Shown: positions 50,700 through 63,941 of the stretch, piece after piece
How positions within the stretch are numbered: the stretch's first letter is position 1
Layout: every line of letters starts with the position of its first letter
NCBI RefSeq assembly: GCF_006345805.1
Contig: NC_043010.1
Location: 31,372,001-31,436,000 of the forward strand
Direction of reading: 5' to 3'
Source of the DNA: Octopus sinensis
Taxonomy: Eukaryota
DNA: 64,000 nt
Position numbers and translations under genes: made by a program
Notes under the pieces: generated by a model
Databases searched by the model: none
What the model was told of the DNA's origin: nothing
What the model saw: the letters and a program-made list of their open reading frames with translations, nothing else

Positions 50700-51250
50700 A
50701 CTTCAAATGATGAGTGGAATACTCCTAAGTTTTGGACTGAGAAGAGTTCGAAAGTATTCCGACCACCAGTTCAAGATGGAGGCCTTGCCTGAGAAAAGTG
50801 TCCTCCTTCTGTCTGAACAAAATGCTGGACTCTGGATCACATACAACTTTTAAGTCTAAGAACAGGTAAAGGTCACCAGCATCAAAGCAACTCTACTGAG
50901 GACACAGTTATGCTGGGAAAGACACATTACTTGAATGGAGGATTATTGACTTTCCTATCTCAGTGACCAGAGGAGAGATCATGCTGTACAGTGAACCCTA
51001 CTCTGGTCACCGAGATAGAGGAGATCCAAAGAAAAGATACAAAGATTCCTTAAAGAAATCTCTTGACACCAGCCACATTAATCACTACCAGTAATCTGCA
51101 AAGCCTGGTGCCTCATTGTCCTCTGGTCCTCCTTTGACGATACTTGCAGGACCACCACTGCAGACAAAAGAGGAAAAACTAGGACACTACAACCAACCCT
51201 GATCAGCCTGTCTTCGCATGCAGTCATGCCTGTTTGTCCTGAATTGAACT
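50700..51250 (+). mobile_element. Decayed RTE/BovB-like LINE 3' fragment
   Basis: LLRTQLCW.RHI...MLYSEP.SGHRDRG.PKKRYKDSLK resembles the RTE C-terminus. Confidence 0.65.
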
Positions 51251-51441
51251 TGCTGGGTATCAGCAAGCCTGCAACAGATATCCCCTCTGTAAATCTTCAC
51301 TTGCAAAGCCAATACAAGAAAAGAAGAAAAAGGCACATACATATATGTCTTTTGTCATCCAATAAGTCAGAAGTACATGTACACTTCCTTTGTTATCTAT
51401 TTGATTGACAGTTCATACACACACTTCTTTTATTAACTTAC

Positions 51442-51516
51442 CACAGCCTGAATCTTTGACCAAATATCCACCATATCATAGAGTAGTTGGTCAGAACGGA
51501 CAGGTGCACCAGATGC
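51442..51516 (-). CDS. EXOC4: EXOC4/Sec8 coding exon (most 5' exon confidently found), ASGAPVRSDQLLYDMVDIWSKIQAV
   Basis: Acceptor ttttcag, donor gtaagt, 75 nt, phase 0-0. Matches recalled human KLYDMADVWVKIQDV. Confidence 0.9.
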
Positions 51517-51825
51517 CTGAAAATATCATTAGAGTCCTTTTATTTATTAAAGAAGAAATTACAAATGATAATAATAGTAGTAGTAGTAGTAATAATAATT
51601 CTTCCTATCATAAGCACAAGGCCTGAAATATAGGGGGAGGAGATAAACTATTACAGCAACCCCAGTGCTCAACTGGTACTTATTTTATCAACCTCAAAAG
51701 GATGAAAGGCAAAGTTAACCTGGCAGAATTTGAATTCAGAGCATAAAGACACAAAATGCTGCTAAGCATTTAGTCCAGTATGCTAATGATTCTGCCAGTT
51801 CAAACTGCCTTAATAATAATAACAC

Positions 51826-51859
<34 letters not shown>

Positions 51860-52089
51860 TCATTCTATCATAGGCACAAGGGCTGAAATTGGGGTGGGGA
51901 GTCTAGTTAATTACATTGACCCTAGTGTTCAACTGTTACTTATATTCTTGACTCTGAAAGAAGAAAGGCAAAACTGACCTCAGCAGAATTTGAACTCAGA
52001 ACATAAAAATGGATGAAATATTGCTAAACATTTTGTCTGGTGTGCTAATGATTCTGCCAGCTTAATAACGATGATGATGATGATGATGA

Positions 52090-52775
52090 TGATAAATGCC
52101 CTGACGCAGTACTAGGCACTGGCTCTCATGGTTTCTGATCTTAACTAATTGAAAGTGTTATCACGTACAAGTTTTGTCTTGGTATAAAAGACGGGTTACA
52201 GAAATTTTCTGCTCAACAAATACCCTGATGCAGTACCAGGCACTTGCTCTCATGGCTTCTGATTTTATCAGATTGGAAGTGTTATCATGTACATGTTTTT
52301 TCTTGGTTTAAAAGATGGGCTACAGCAAATATCCTGCTCAATACCACAGATTTGCTTGTCAGTTGTTTGACCTTAACCAATTGAGCATGTCCCTTGGCTG
52401 ACGATATGTGCATCTCTGATAATGAGGAGAAATAGTGGGGGAGTAACATAGCCGTGTGTTGTGAGGAATTCTTTGGAATTTGAATAACTCAGCTCTGGAA
52501 ACATGGGTGTTTTGCTCAACATCCTTAAACAACCCTTATTCAAGGACCTTTTGAGTGGGATGGGCTACTTGACCTGAAGAAAATTCTAACTGGGCCCCAC
52601 CTGCAAGGTCATGTTTATCTTGATAGAAGATCACCATGTTGTGCACATATGGTTTTGATGCATGTGCCTGGTGTATTCTTATCAGATGGGTAGTCATGAT
52701 GGGTATACTAGGCTTCGTATATTTTACCCCAGAGTCACTTTGATGATATGCACTGCTCTCTCACTCAATAATAAT
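52090..52775. repeat. Unclassified interspersed-repeat-like segment with a ~125-bp tandem duplication
   Basis: ccctgaYgcagtacYaggcact...ctgctcaa repeated at ~52097 and ~52223. Confidence 0.5.
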
Positions 52776-52970
52776 GATAATAATAGTATCTAACTTATGT
52801 ACAAAAGTCAGGAAGGTTAGTGGAAGGAAACAGTTATATAGACACCTTTCTGATAGATTATTCCTTCTGGAAGAATGAAATTCAAAATCATCCATAGAAG
52901 AATCTAAACTCAAAATATAAAGTCACATAATTAGATAGCACATGGCATTTTGTCTATCAATATTATATGC

Positions 52971-53389
52971 ACATTATTTACATTTGACAGATATTTGTCC
53001 TCATCTTGTTTGTTGTTTACACAATGTTTCAGCTGATATACCCTCCAGCCTTCATTAGGTGTCTTGGGGAAATTTTGAACCTGGGTTCTCATTCCTAAGG
53101 TATTTTTCGATGTTATTATTGCTATTATTATTCAAGTCACTACCTGGAATCAAACTTGGAATCTTGGGGGTTAATAGCCCATGCTCTTAACCCCAAGGTT
53201 CCAAGTTTGATTCCAGGCAGTGACCTGAATAATAATAGCAATAATAACATCGAAAAATACCTTAGGAATGAGAACCCAGGTTCAAAATTTCCCCAAGACA
53301 CCTAATGAAGGCTGGAGGGTATATCAGCTGAAACATTGTGTAAACAACAAACAAGATGAGGACAAATATCTGTCAAATGTAAATAATGT
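52971..53389. mobile_element. Near-perfect ~420-bp palindrome: inverted dimer of a tRNA-headed, HHR-bearing short element
   Basis: Arms ~204 bp, 12-nt loop, outer ~160 bp identical. tRNA-like anticodon/T-arm at the centre. HHR-like motifs at 53018-53063 (-) and 53297-53342 (+). Confidence 0.75.
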
Positions 53390-54869
53390 ATATAATTCCT
53401 CATCTCTTAAATATAGAATTGGAATATTATATGCATTTTGCCAATACATCACCTCTCTATACATTCTAGCAAGCTATTCCCCACTCAATACATTCTCCTA
53501 ATACATCACCTATTCTATAGAGACAACAAGAATGATTTGTAAGTTTGACATAAGGTAGGATACATCAATTTAAATCAATCTCATTTTATTAATTCCTAAA
53601 GAATAAAAGACAATGTCAACATGACATGATTTAAACTTGGTATCTTCCTTGACATGAGTTCAAGTAAGACCAACAAAGGAATACTACCCTCACATCTGAA
53701 GCATTGTTGTTGCTGTTATGCACATGAACATCCAAGACCTCATCTACGATCCATGATTGATCTTGGTAGAGTTTGAGCTCAGAACAGAGAGAGATTAAAC
53801 TAAACACTGTGATGTCATTTACTCTAAACACACAACCATCCCTTTATAGTACAACCAAATTAGCCTAGTATTTAACTGGTATTTATTGTATCACTACTAA
53901 GAGAGACAAGAGATGAACAGCAACTGTGAGAGCCAATCTGATTTTGAACTCAGAATATACAAGTATCTAACTAAATATTGGAAGGAAAATTAATCTTTCA
54001 CTCAAAGATGAACCAGTCTCTCCTCCTCAGAACATCATCCCATTATGGAATTTCTTCTCTGCCCATGTTTAACTTGTAACTATTCAAGAAGAACATTAAC
54101 CACATTTAATCTTACTAATCTGCAAGTATTCCAAAGGCTATGGGCAAAGCATCTCTCTCCAGACCAAAGCAATAAAACAATTAAAACAAAACAAGTTAGG
54201 TTTCATTATACTAATATCAACAACAACATTAATAACAATAGCAACTGGTGCAATGACAACAAGCATGGTTAAACAGATATAACAACAACAACTATCAACT
54301 GAAGCATGCAAAAATATAGATTTCCAAAGGGTCAACCTCCAGAATAACAGAAAGTAGAAGTCAGAGGTTTTTGAGATCATCCATCAGCAGCAGAAGTTAG
54401 TGAAATATGAAATGAGTGTATGTGAGGATGCACAGGCATGGTCAAAAGTGAATTCACAATTAAGTAGGGTTTTAATTATATTGTACAGCACAAATTATAC
54501 ACACACACACACACACGTATAGCCTCCTAATTTGACAGACAGAGCACAGGAGGGTTAGTGAGAGAGATATGAGAGAGAGAAACAGCAGGTACTCTGTGAG
54601 GTAATAATTGATGCTATGTGGTGTGTGTGTAAGTATGCGCGCATGCACACACACACACACACACACACATCATCGTCAACTTACAACCTATCTGACTTTA
54701 CGATGATTGGATTGCCAGCTCCCTGCAGCAATAATAAATAGTCCAGGTGAAACCTAATGGGTTTAATTTCTTAGAAATTAACCCCTCTATGGATGATGTC
54801 AGCTAACAAATGTTTCCCCTAGATTTTGGTTATCAATCACCACTGTGTTGGATGACTATCCTGTTATGG

Positions 54870-55961
54870 AGACATCAAGGCAACCTCGTATTTGTTTATA
54901 AGATGATTGCTTGAGACTCCAAAATTTGCGACTAATGCCAAAATACCTGTGAAGTTTATGGTGATGATGCTGTAGGTGAATCAACTGTCTGAAGGTAGTT
55001 TGCAAAATTTGAAGCTGGAGAGTTTAGCTTAGAAGATGATAGTCACAGTGGAAGACCTTCAAAATTGGATACAGATGTTTTGAAAGCAAAAATTGAAGGA
55101 AACTTAAATATCCTGACTGGAGAACTTGCAGAGGAGTTGGAAGTTTCTAAAAGTATGGCTCATGAACACTTAATGAAGCTAGGATACATTTCTCATTATG
55201 ATGTATCGGTCCCTCATAAACTCTCAGAAAAGAATTGCTCGGACCGATATTCCATTTGTGATATGCTTTTGAAATGGAATGAAAGCATGCCTTTTTTGAA
55301 ACAACTTGTAACTGGAGATGAAAAATGGATTGTGTACGAAAATGTAATCTGCAAAAGATCCTGGAGTTTGCGTAAGGAACCCCCAAAACAGCAACCAAAG
55401 ATGAATATCCATGCCAAAAATAGCTATACTTTGTGTTTAGTGGGATCATAAAAGCATTATTTATTATGAGTTTCTCCCACAAAACCAGACCATTAATTCT
55501 GATGTGTACTGTTGTCAGCTGGCTAATTTGAACTAAAAAAAATCGAAGAATTGAGGCCAGAGATTGCCAAAAGAAAAGAGTAGTATTCCAACAAGACAAT
55601 GCCTGACCACATGTGTCTTTGACTACCTGAACATAGTGACATGAACTTGGCTGGGATCTCTTACCCCATCCACCATATTCTCCTGATATTACGCTATCCA
55701 GCTACCACTTGTTTTTGTCTCTACAGAATTCATTGCAATGAAAAACATTTAACAATTTAAATAAAGTGAAAATGCATCTAAATAACTGTTTGTTTTCAGA
55801 GCGAGTCAAATTTTATGCTGATGGAATATTTAAATTGCCTGATAGATGGGCAAAGGTCATTAATAATAATGAAAATTATTTCATTGAATAAAGTTTATTA
55901 AAAGTCATTTATATCCCTTTTGGCAAATTAAAAAATGCTCAGAACTTTCTGGACAACCTAA
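54870..55961 (+). mobile_element. Decayed mariner, left TIR not seen
   Basis: VSVPHKL, VTGDEKWI, QDNA*PH, HPPYSPD motifs. Right TIR ...ggacaacctaa|ta. Confidence 0.88.
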
Positions 55962-56648
55962 TATGTATTTGTGTGTGCTGACTGGGAGGAGGGAGGTAGT
56001 ATGCTTGTATGTATGCAAGTATTAATGTATGTATGTGTAGATTTCAAATCTGTAATCAAGTGTCCTGGCACAGCTTGGCAGAAACGTTAGCATGCTGGGC
56101 GAAATGCGTAGCCATATTTCATCTGCCACTAAGTTCTGAGTTCAAATTCCACCGAGGTCGACTTTGCCTTTCATCCTTTCGGGGTCGATTAAATAAGTAC
56201 CAGTTACGCACTGGGATCGATATAATCGACTTAATCCGTTTGTCTGTCCTTGTTTGTCCCCCTCTGTGTTTAGTCGCTTGTGGATAGTAAAGAAATAGAT
56301 AATGGTGATAATAAAAAAATGTACTCTTATTATTCATGTAAGTTTCAAATGTGTTTTGAAGTTATAAGTAGATGTGTATAGGGGCAGGTAGGGTGTCAAA
56401 CAGATGTTGTGGCCTGCGTATCTTTCCAAACACCAATAACAACATTAAATATAAAACAACTTGAAAGTCTCCTGTTATTTTTTAGAGGTTGGGTAGAGAA
56501 AAGAGCTTTTCCAATTAAAAGATCCAGTATGAGGCCTGAGATTTTTAATTGGTAGTTGTAGTAAGGTTCATGCTTTTCCAAACAACATCAAAATAAGAAC
56601 AGTACTTGCCTATAATACAAAAGTGGAGATGGCAGATTTTGTGTGTTA

Positions 56649-57048
56649 TCTCTATATATATAAAACTGAAGTTGTCTGTGTATGGCAGATTTGGTAGCCT
56701 TCAACTAACACTATCTCCTCCGAGATAGATGACTAAAATTGAGAGTATGACCAAAATTGAGAGTATGATAGAAGAAGGCTTGCTTTTCCTTCCGTAGAAG
56801 AAAAAAATTCAAATCAGACCATGTTAACACCAAAAATTATTTACATCAAAAAGGTGCTTTTTTTTCTATGAAAATCCCTATTTTTTACAATTTTTTTACT
56901 GCTGTGTCACCATTTTTCGAAGTATTTCAACCAGAAAAATGTTCACTTAAAAGAATAACATGCTACATAATGCAAAACTTTTACTTTTCAAAAATTCCAA
57001 TTCTAAAGGGTCAAAACAAACCCGAGCAACGCTGGGCAATACTGCTAG
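56649..57048 (+). mobile_element. Non-autonomous Helitron
   Basis: 5' TC, subterminal hairpin cccgagcaacgctggg, 3' CTAG, inserted between A and T. Confidence 0.75.
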
Positions 57049-58236
57049 TTATTATTAATATCGTCATCATCATTTAACATCTGCTTTCCATGCTGGTATG
57101 GATTAGATGGTTTGACAGGAACTGCACCAGGTTCTATAGTTTATTTTAGCATGATTTCTACAGTTGGATGTGCTTCCTAACACTAACCACATTACATAGT
57201 GTGCTGGGTGCTTTTTATGTGGCACCAACACCAGTGCTGTTTACATGACACCAGCTCCAACAACGTCACAAACCAGCTTGCAAGACAAAAATCCTCAGCT
57301 GGAATGAAAGGGGGGAGTATGAGTCAGGAGCGTGGTTCATGTCAGTTGAGAAATTAAAGGTAAAGAGGGACAAAGATAGGTGTTTTGCTGCAGAATAGAT
57401 ACATGGATATGCCAGTTGAAAGAGAAAGGCGAGCAAGTTAGATAAAGAGATCAGGTAAGTGAGAGAATAAAGAGAGCAGTAGTGAGAGAGATAGTGGCAA
57501 AGATGTGTCAATACATGCCCTGGGGGGGGGGCATTGGCAGTGGTGAGAAGTAGGTGAGACAGGTTTGAACTGGGTGAGTGGGCAGGAAAGAGGTGACTGT
57601 AGCAAATAATGGAGTGAAATATGAAAAAGGTTTGGAGGTGGGGGCTGCCGTAGATGTGTGATGGTATTGAGGGTGATAGCAGGTAATGGAGTGTCAATGA
57701 TGGGGAATAACAACACAAAGGTAAAAAGGCACAGGGAAAGATGTCGATTGGTGACAACAGTAGGTGGTGGAAGATAATGGAAAATGGAAGTGGTTCGCAA
57801 GGGGAAGGGGCATGGAAGGTAACTGGGAAAGCAGAAAGATGTAGTATGTGCCTACTCTGCTCTTAAGTGATAGGGAAGTGATGGCTGTAAGGGAGAAAAA
57901 TAAACAGATCAGAAAGGATGGAGGTGGGAGTGGGGCAGAGCCCCTCATAATCTAGCATTACCAAGGTGGTTTTAGAGTATCAATCCTGCTGAGATGGATG
58001 GATAAATATACACACACACACAGAAAAAGAGAATTGTATAAACAGAAGGGAGATAGAAAAATCAATCTAAAACAATAATAAAAATACTGAACTTTTAATA
58101 AAGCAGCAGTAATAGTTGTGTTGGTGATAGAGGTTATAGTAGTAATAGTAGAAAACATGAACAATGACAAGCAAAAGTGTTTTGTTTTTTGTTTTAACAA
58201 ATAACAACAGAGCTAAACTAAACATATTGATCATAC

Positions 58237-58266
58237 CAACTTCTCATCTTTTTCACTCATTGATTG
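58237..58266 (-). CDS. Candidate 30-nt EXOC4 microexon, QSMSEKDEKL
   Basis: Long polypyrimidine tract plus cag, donor gtatga. Only phase 0 is stop-free, matching the next exon. No homology support. Confidence 0.4.
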
Positions 58267-59200
58267 CTGTTGAAGGGAAATGAAAAAAAAAAGGAAAATA
58301 TAGCAGCATGTTGCAAGCTTTGAAACAGAAGGAAGTAGTCAAAATATAGAAGTAAAACAATTATATCATTTACATCAAGATGGAATCTTTGCAATCATTT
58401 AAAACATACACACTTAAATTCAATTTTACTTTAGTATTGTTATTTTGTCCAACACATGCCTTTCTATGCTTGCATTGGTTGGACAAATAACAGACTAACT
58501 TTGGTTACAGCATTCCCATGGGATTTTAACAAGTCTTGTGTATCACAGAGTTGATATGCTGTGAGAACAAGGTCAGTATAGTCAAGTTTAGAGACACATG
58601 CTCTGTTGCTGTCTTGACTGTTTCTACTTGATAATGCAATCTTGGCCTACATCTTGAAGCGAAGTCTTGATCCACCACTCCTCTTTACATCTACACATAC
58701 ACTGTTCATGGTTGTCCAATGTCAATTTTTCCATGGGGGCTTATTTGAGGTTGCATTTTATGACTGGATGCCCTTCCTGTCATAAACCTTTACCTGTTTT
58801 CCAAGGGAATTTTTATTACATTGGTCTTTGAAAGGTAAAAATGAATGGCTATAATGTCATATATAGACAAGAATTTTTGGCATTGTTTCTATATTTGGAT
58901 GCCCTTATCACTAATCACTTTGCAACATGGACAGAGTGTATTTTGTTGTACTACCTGCCTAGTGAGTTTGTTTCATATATGAAGAAATTGGAGTCCTCCT
59001 TATCTTTTGTGATCTCTTATTTCTAGATATATGGCTTGATATACAACTTCCCTGTCCCTTCCATTAGTTCTTTCAATTTTGTCATGGACAGGGAGTATTC
59101 CACCATGCTACAGCCATTAAGCATGCCATCTGCCAAACTTGAAGTGTAGCTTCAACCCTGTATAACCTAAATTATTGATGGGGGAGATGTTGGGCTCCCA

Positions 59201-59970
59201 TAGCTCTAATTCTCAAAAATTTCATCTCGCTTGTCTAAAACCTTGCTAGCTACATTAAGCAAACCTAGTGAATATTTGTGTCTTTGTTCATTCTGTTTGG
59301 TTACTTGCTTTATTTTATTTTGCACATATTATATCTAAATCCTCACTTTTTCCCATGATATATGCTAAATAGTAGCTTTTGCTTTGTTTGCTTGGATATT
59401 TTATATGGCATTTATCTAGGGAATGGAGCAGCCATGCTGTTTGGTCATTCGCTGTCTTGACTTCAGCATGAAGGTATTACTTCCGCTCTCAGTAAATCAT
59501 CTCCCTCAAGGTCTTATTCCTTATATTTGCGATACTTGGCATAAAAAGCAGATATGTTACGAAGAAGAAATGTTCAGATAAGCAACCTTGTTTACACAAT
59601 CTAGCACTACTTCTAACCTCACCTTATATCATATTATTTATCTATTTATTTATAAAGCTTTGTTTATTTATTTCCATGCTGTATGTTATACTAAAATTAA
59701 GCAATCCTAATCTTCAATTCTGTTTCTTATCTCCTGTAGCTTTAATTCTCAAAAATTTCATCTCACTTGCATTATGTCTAAAACCACACTAGCTACATTA
59801 AGCAAACCTAGTGAATTATCATCTCTTTGTTCGTTCTGTTTCGTTACTCAGTTTATTTTATCTTGTTCATATTAAGTCTAAATCCTCACTTTTTTCTATG
59901 CTACATGTTAAATAGTAGCTTTCGTTTTGTTTGTCTGGATATTTTATAGCACCTTTATCTAGGAAATAGA
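59201..59970. repeat. Diverged ~230-bp direct repeat pair (59201-59425 and 59737-59970)
   Basis: Both copies share tagctYtaattctcaaaaatttcatctc...tagctacattaagcaaacctagtgaat...tttatctagg. Confidence 0.8.
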
Positions 59971-62285
59971 TGGTTATTCATGGTGTACATGCCCAACCCA
60001 ACACCTCTATCTGTACTGGAAGTCTTTCTCCTCCACTTGTACAACATCTGGGTGGCTTTCATGGTGTACATGGTAGCAACGGATTTGGTTCCCATAATGA
60101 GGAGGGAAACAGGCTGCTGGAGTTCTGTGATGCAAGTGATCTTATGATCTGCAATAGTATCTTCAGAAAACCTGTCAGTCCTATCAATCTGGTGGGCACA
60201 CTAGTCGGATTGACTACATTCTCACCAGAAAATGGGAAAGGTAGCTGCTTATAAATGCCAAAAATTTCCCAGGTGAAGAATGCACCCTTCAGCAGAGGTC
60301 AGTCATTAGGGACTTCAGAATCAGGGCTAAAAGGCTGCCCAGCAGACAACCAGTGTAGAAAAGAAAGGGCTGGAAGCTTAAAGATCCTTTGATTGGTCAG
60401 GGATTTAGAGATGTGTTGCTTGAGACACTTGAAAAAAAAGAGGAGGATATAATAATATATATAATGTAGAGGACAACTAGAGTTTCCTAGTGGACAACAT
60501 GCTGAGGGCCAATGACCAAATTTGTGGCTTGTCCCTTCTGAACCTAAGGTGATATGGCAGTGGAACAGGGTATTTGACAGGGCCGTTAGAGAAAAGAAAC
60601 AAGCCAGGAAGGACTAGAAGTGTGGTGGTAGCAGGGAACTGTATCAAATAGCCAGAAGGGAGGCTATTTAGTCAGGAGAGAAGCAGAAAAGACGTTCTGT
60701 GATGTAAGAGACTTGAAGTATTTTGGATTGCAAAACAGAAAGTCCTAGGCCCATCAAAAATAACTGCCAAGATGCTTAAAATATCTGGTAGAGTTGGATA
60801 TGGCCTAGTCATACCCATTGATTGGTGTAGAAACATTATAGGCAACTGCTACAAAGGCAAAGGTGATGACGTAGATAGAAATAATTACAGAGGCATTAAA
60901 TTGCTGGTTTAGGAGATTAAAGTCACAGAAAGAGTCATAGCTCAATTAATTAGGAAGAGAGTTAGTATAAATGAGATGCAGTTCAGATTTGTGCCATGTG
61001 AGAACATGACTAATGCTATAGTCCCGGTTAGGCAACTGCAGGAGAAGTATTTAGCCAAAAATAAACCTCTGTACCTGACTTTTGTTGACATGGAGAAAGC
61101 CTTTGACAGAGTCCCCCGCTCCCTTATCTGGTGGTCAATACAAAAGCTAGGGATAGATGAGTGGTTAGTGGGAATGGCACAAGCCATATACTGGGATGCT
61201 GCCACTAAGGTGAAGGTTGACAAGTACGGCAATGAATTCAGTGTGCAGGTAGGAGTTCATCAAGGCTCAATTCTCAGCCACCTCTTGCGTATCTTAGTCC
61301 TCCAGGCCTTAACAGAGGAATTCAAGACCAACTGTCCCTGAGAGCTTCCCTATACTGATGACCTTATTATTATAGTTGAATCACTACCTGACCTAGAGAA
61401 GAAATTTCAGGTGCAGAAACAAGGTCTGGAATCTAAAGGCCTTAGAGCTATTTTAGCAAAAACCAAAGTCCTAGTAAGAAAACAGATAAATCACAACTCC
61501 CTTCTGGAAGATGGCCCTGCTCGATATGTAAGAAGGCTCTTGGTAGAAACTCCATATGTTGTACTCAGTGCAATCTTTGGACACAGAAGAGGTGTAGCAG
61601 TTTCACAGGAAGGTTAAGGGAGAATATAGCCTTTCTGGCAAATTTGCAGGTACAACAGGCACTAAAAATGCACAGACAATAGACTCGCTCAAATGCTCAG
61701 AGGGAACATTAGTAGTTAATAGCTTCTGTTAGCTAGGAGACCAAGTTAGCAGTGGTAGAGGAAGTTTTGAAAGTGTAGTAACTAGAATAAGAATGGGCTG
61801 CTCAAGTTCAAAGAGCTTTGTTGGTAACTAAGGGCCTCTCCCTCAGAGTGAAAAGCAAACTGTATGATGCCTGTGTATGTACAGCTATGTTACATGACAG
61901 TGAAACATGGGGCTTTGGCTACAGACGACTTGCAAAGGCTTGAAAGAAACGAAGCTAGATGTGTGCATGCGTGACAAAGTGTAAATGATTTAAAAGGAAA
62001 ACTTGGTATAAAATGCATCAGGTATTGTGTGCAAGAGAGAAGACTGCACTGCTTTAGTCGTGTGATGTATATGAATGAGGACAGCTGCATAAAGAAGTGC
62101 CAAGCTCTAGTTGTGGAGGGTGCCTGTGGAAGGGGTAGACTCAGGAATACATGGAATGAAGCGGTGAGAAAGGATCCAGCCACAGAAATCATGCCACAAC
62201 AGACAATTGGAGTCTGGACAGCTCTGTGTCAAACTATCCAACCCATGCCAGCATGGAAAGCGAATGTTAAAAGATGATGATGATA
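59970..62285 (+). mobile_element. 5'-truncated, decayed RTE LINE (APE and RT fragments)
   Basis: GFGSHNEEGNRLLEFC (APE end), LTFVDMEKAFDRVPR, GVHQGS, YTDD. Ends in ccaacccatgccagcatggaaagc...(gat)n. Confidence 0.9.
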
Positions 62286-62429
62286 GCTGTGACTGTGTGG
62301 TTGAGAAGTTCACTTCCCAACCATGTGGTTTTGGATTTTGTTTCTCAATACAAATACTTGAAAATATGAATATCAATGAAGATGAAAAATTCCAGCCAAT
62401 TTGTTCCAATAATACCATACAAATCAAGA

Positions 62430-62685
62430 AAATACCTTAAGTCCTATCTTGCTGATAGTAAAAAAGACTTGCAAAGCTTCAAAACATCTGACAATCAAAT
62501 ATTTCAATGTTAACAAGGTTTGCCTTCTTCAGGGCTTATACACAGAGCATTCTTTTCTATGGAACTGAAATCTGAACTATAAAGAGAAAACTTCAAAATC
62601 AACTTGCTGGTATATGCTACAGACTCCTCGTGTGAACTCAAAACATATCATGGTTTGAGCACAAGTCCAAAGAAAAGATTTAAGA
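62430..62685 (+). mobile_element. Old RTE-type RT fragment
   Basis: ...QSILFYGTEI*TIK... C-terminal RT-like motif. Confidence 0.45.
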
Positions 62686-62688
62686 ATA

Positions 62689-63941
62689 CAAGGGGCATTC
62701 ATTAAAGATTTCCACTGACCCACTTCCCAAAGTCTGAGATAAACAAAACTTGGCATAATTATTAGTTCTTCTCTACATAGCCACCACCAATGGTGACACA
62801 CTTCTCCCATCACTTTATGCAGCTGTGAAGACCTTGTCTGTAGAAGTCGGTAGGTTGCGTCTGGAGCTAAGACTTTACCTTGGAAATAAGTGCATCCCCT
62901 TCAAAAAAGACTTCATGGTTGGAAAGAGGTGGAAGTCAGATGATGCAAGGTTGGGAGAGTAAGAGGGATGAGGAAGGATTTCATAGCCACAGGAGTGTAC
63001 TTTCATCTAGGCAACACGTGAATTTTGAACTGGGGGCGTTGCCTCGGAGGAGGCAGACTCCTTTAGTCAGCATGCCATGCCTCTTTACTCTGACTGCATC
63101 CCACAATTTTTGCAGCAGGGAAGCATAATATGCACTGTTAATTATGGTGCCCTTTGCCAGAAAACCCATCACTACTACTCCATGCTGGTCCCAAAACACT
63201 GTGAGCATCACCTTGATTGCTGAGGGTTGGACATGTGCCTTCTTTGGAAGGTGGTGAGTTATCATGCTTCCATTGCTTTGACTGGACTTTAGTCTCAGGA
63301 CCATAGTGATGGACTGTGTGATAATTCTGCTGCAAAAATCCTCCTCATTTTCTTGGCACATTGCCAAAAGTGCCTGAGAGAAAATGATTCATTCCTGCTT
63401 CTGAAAAAGTGTGAGCATCTGAGGAACCCATCGCACAGACAACTTCCAAATATGCAATGGTTATGAATGATTTTTTTCATGGACCCTACACTTATCTTCA
63501 CTTCTAGGGCTAGTTGCTGAATAATTATGCGGTGATCCTCCAAAATAGCATTTTCCACTTAATGGATGGTGTCGTCATCAAAGGTGGAATGTGGTCATCC
63601 AGGAATAGGAGCAGCTTCCACCGATGTTCAACCACATTTGAACTAGCGATGCTAATAATTGACTACGTCTTAAGATGGTGCATTGTCACCATACACTTCT
63701 CACATCTCATTGATAGTCTCTTTTGGTGTACGACCTTTCAAGTATAAGAACCTGATCACTGATCTGCATTCAACTGCATCCATTATAACACCTTAGTCCA
63801 CTTTATCAGCCATAAAAGACAAATAAATACTAGTGGAAAGCTACAATTTACAATGTGATATGTATGATTATACCTGTGCAAGTTCCATTTCCTGCAATAA
63901 CTGGAAGTGGGCAGGGGGAAATCTTTAATGAACACCCCTTG
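62689..63941 (-). mobile_element. Full-length, decayed mariner (irritans/Hsmar2-like)
   Basis: ~40-bp TIRs (caaggggcattcattaaagatttcc / ggaaatctttaatgaacaccccttg), TA on both sides. Transposase KVMLTVFWD...AYYASLL...NAP with frameshifts. Confidence 0.92.

Noticed and set aside
53694-53798. Possible EXOC4 exon (LKLYQDQSWIVDEVLDVH...)
   Set aside because: No match to recalled EXOC4, and the in-phase acceptor would be a weak GAG.
57266-57948. Minus-strand ORFs of 84-163 aa
   Set aside because: They are translations of a purine-rich low-complexity or old-repeat tract with no domain.
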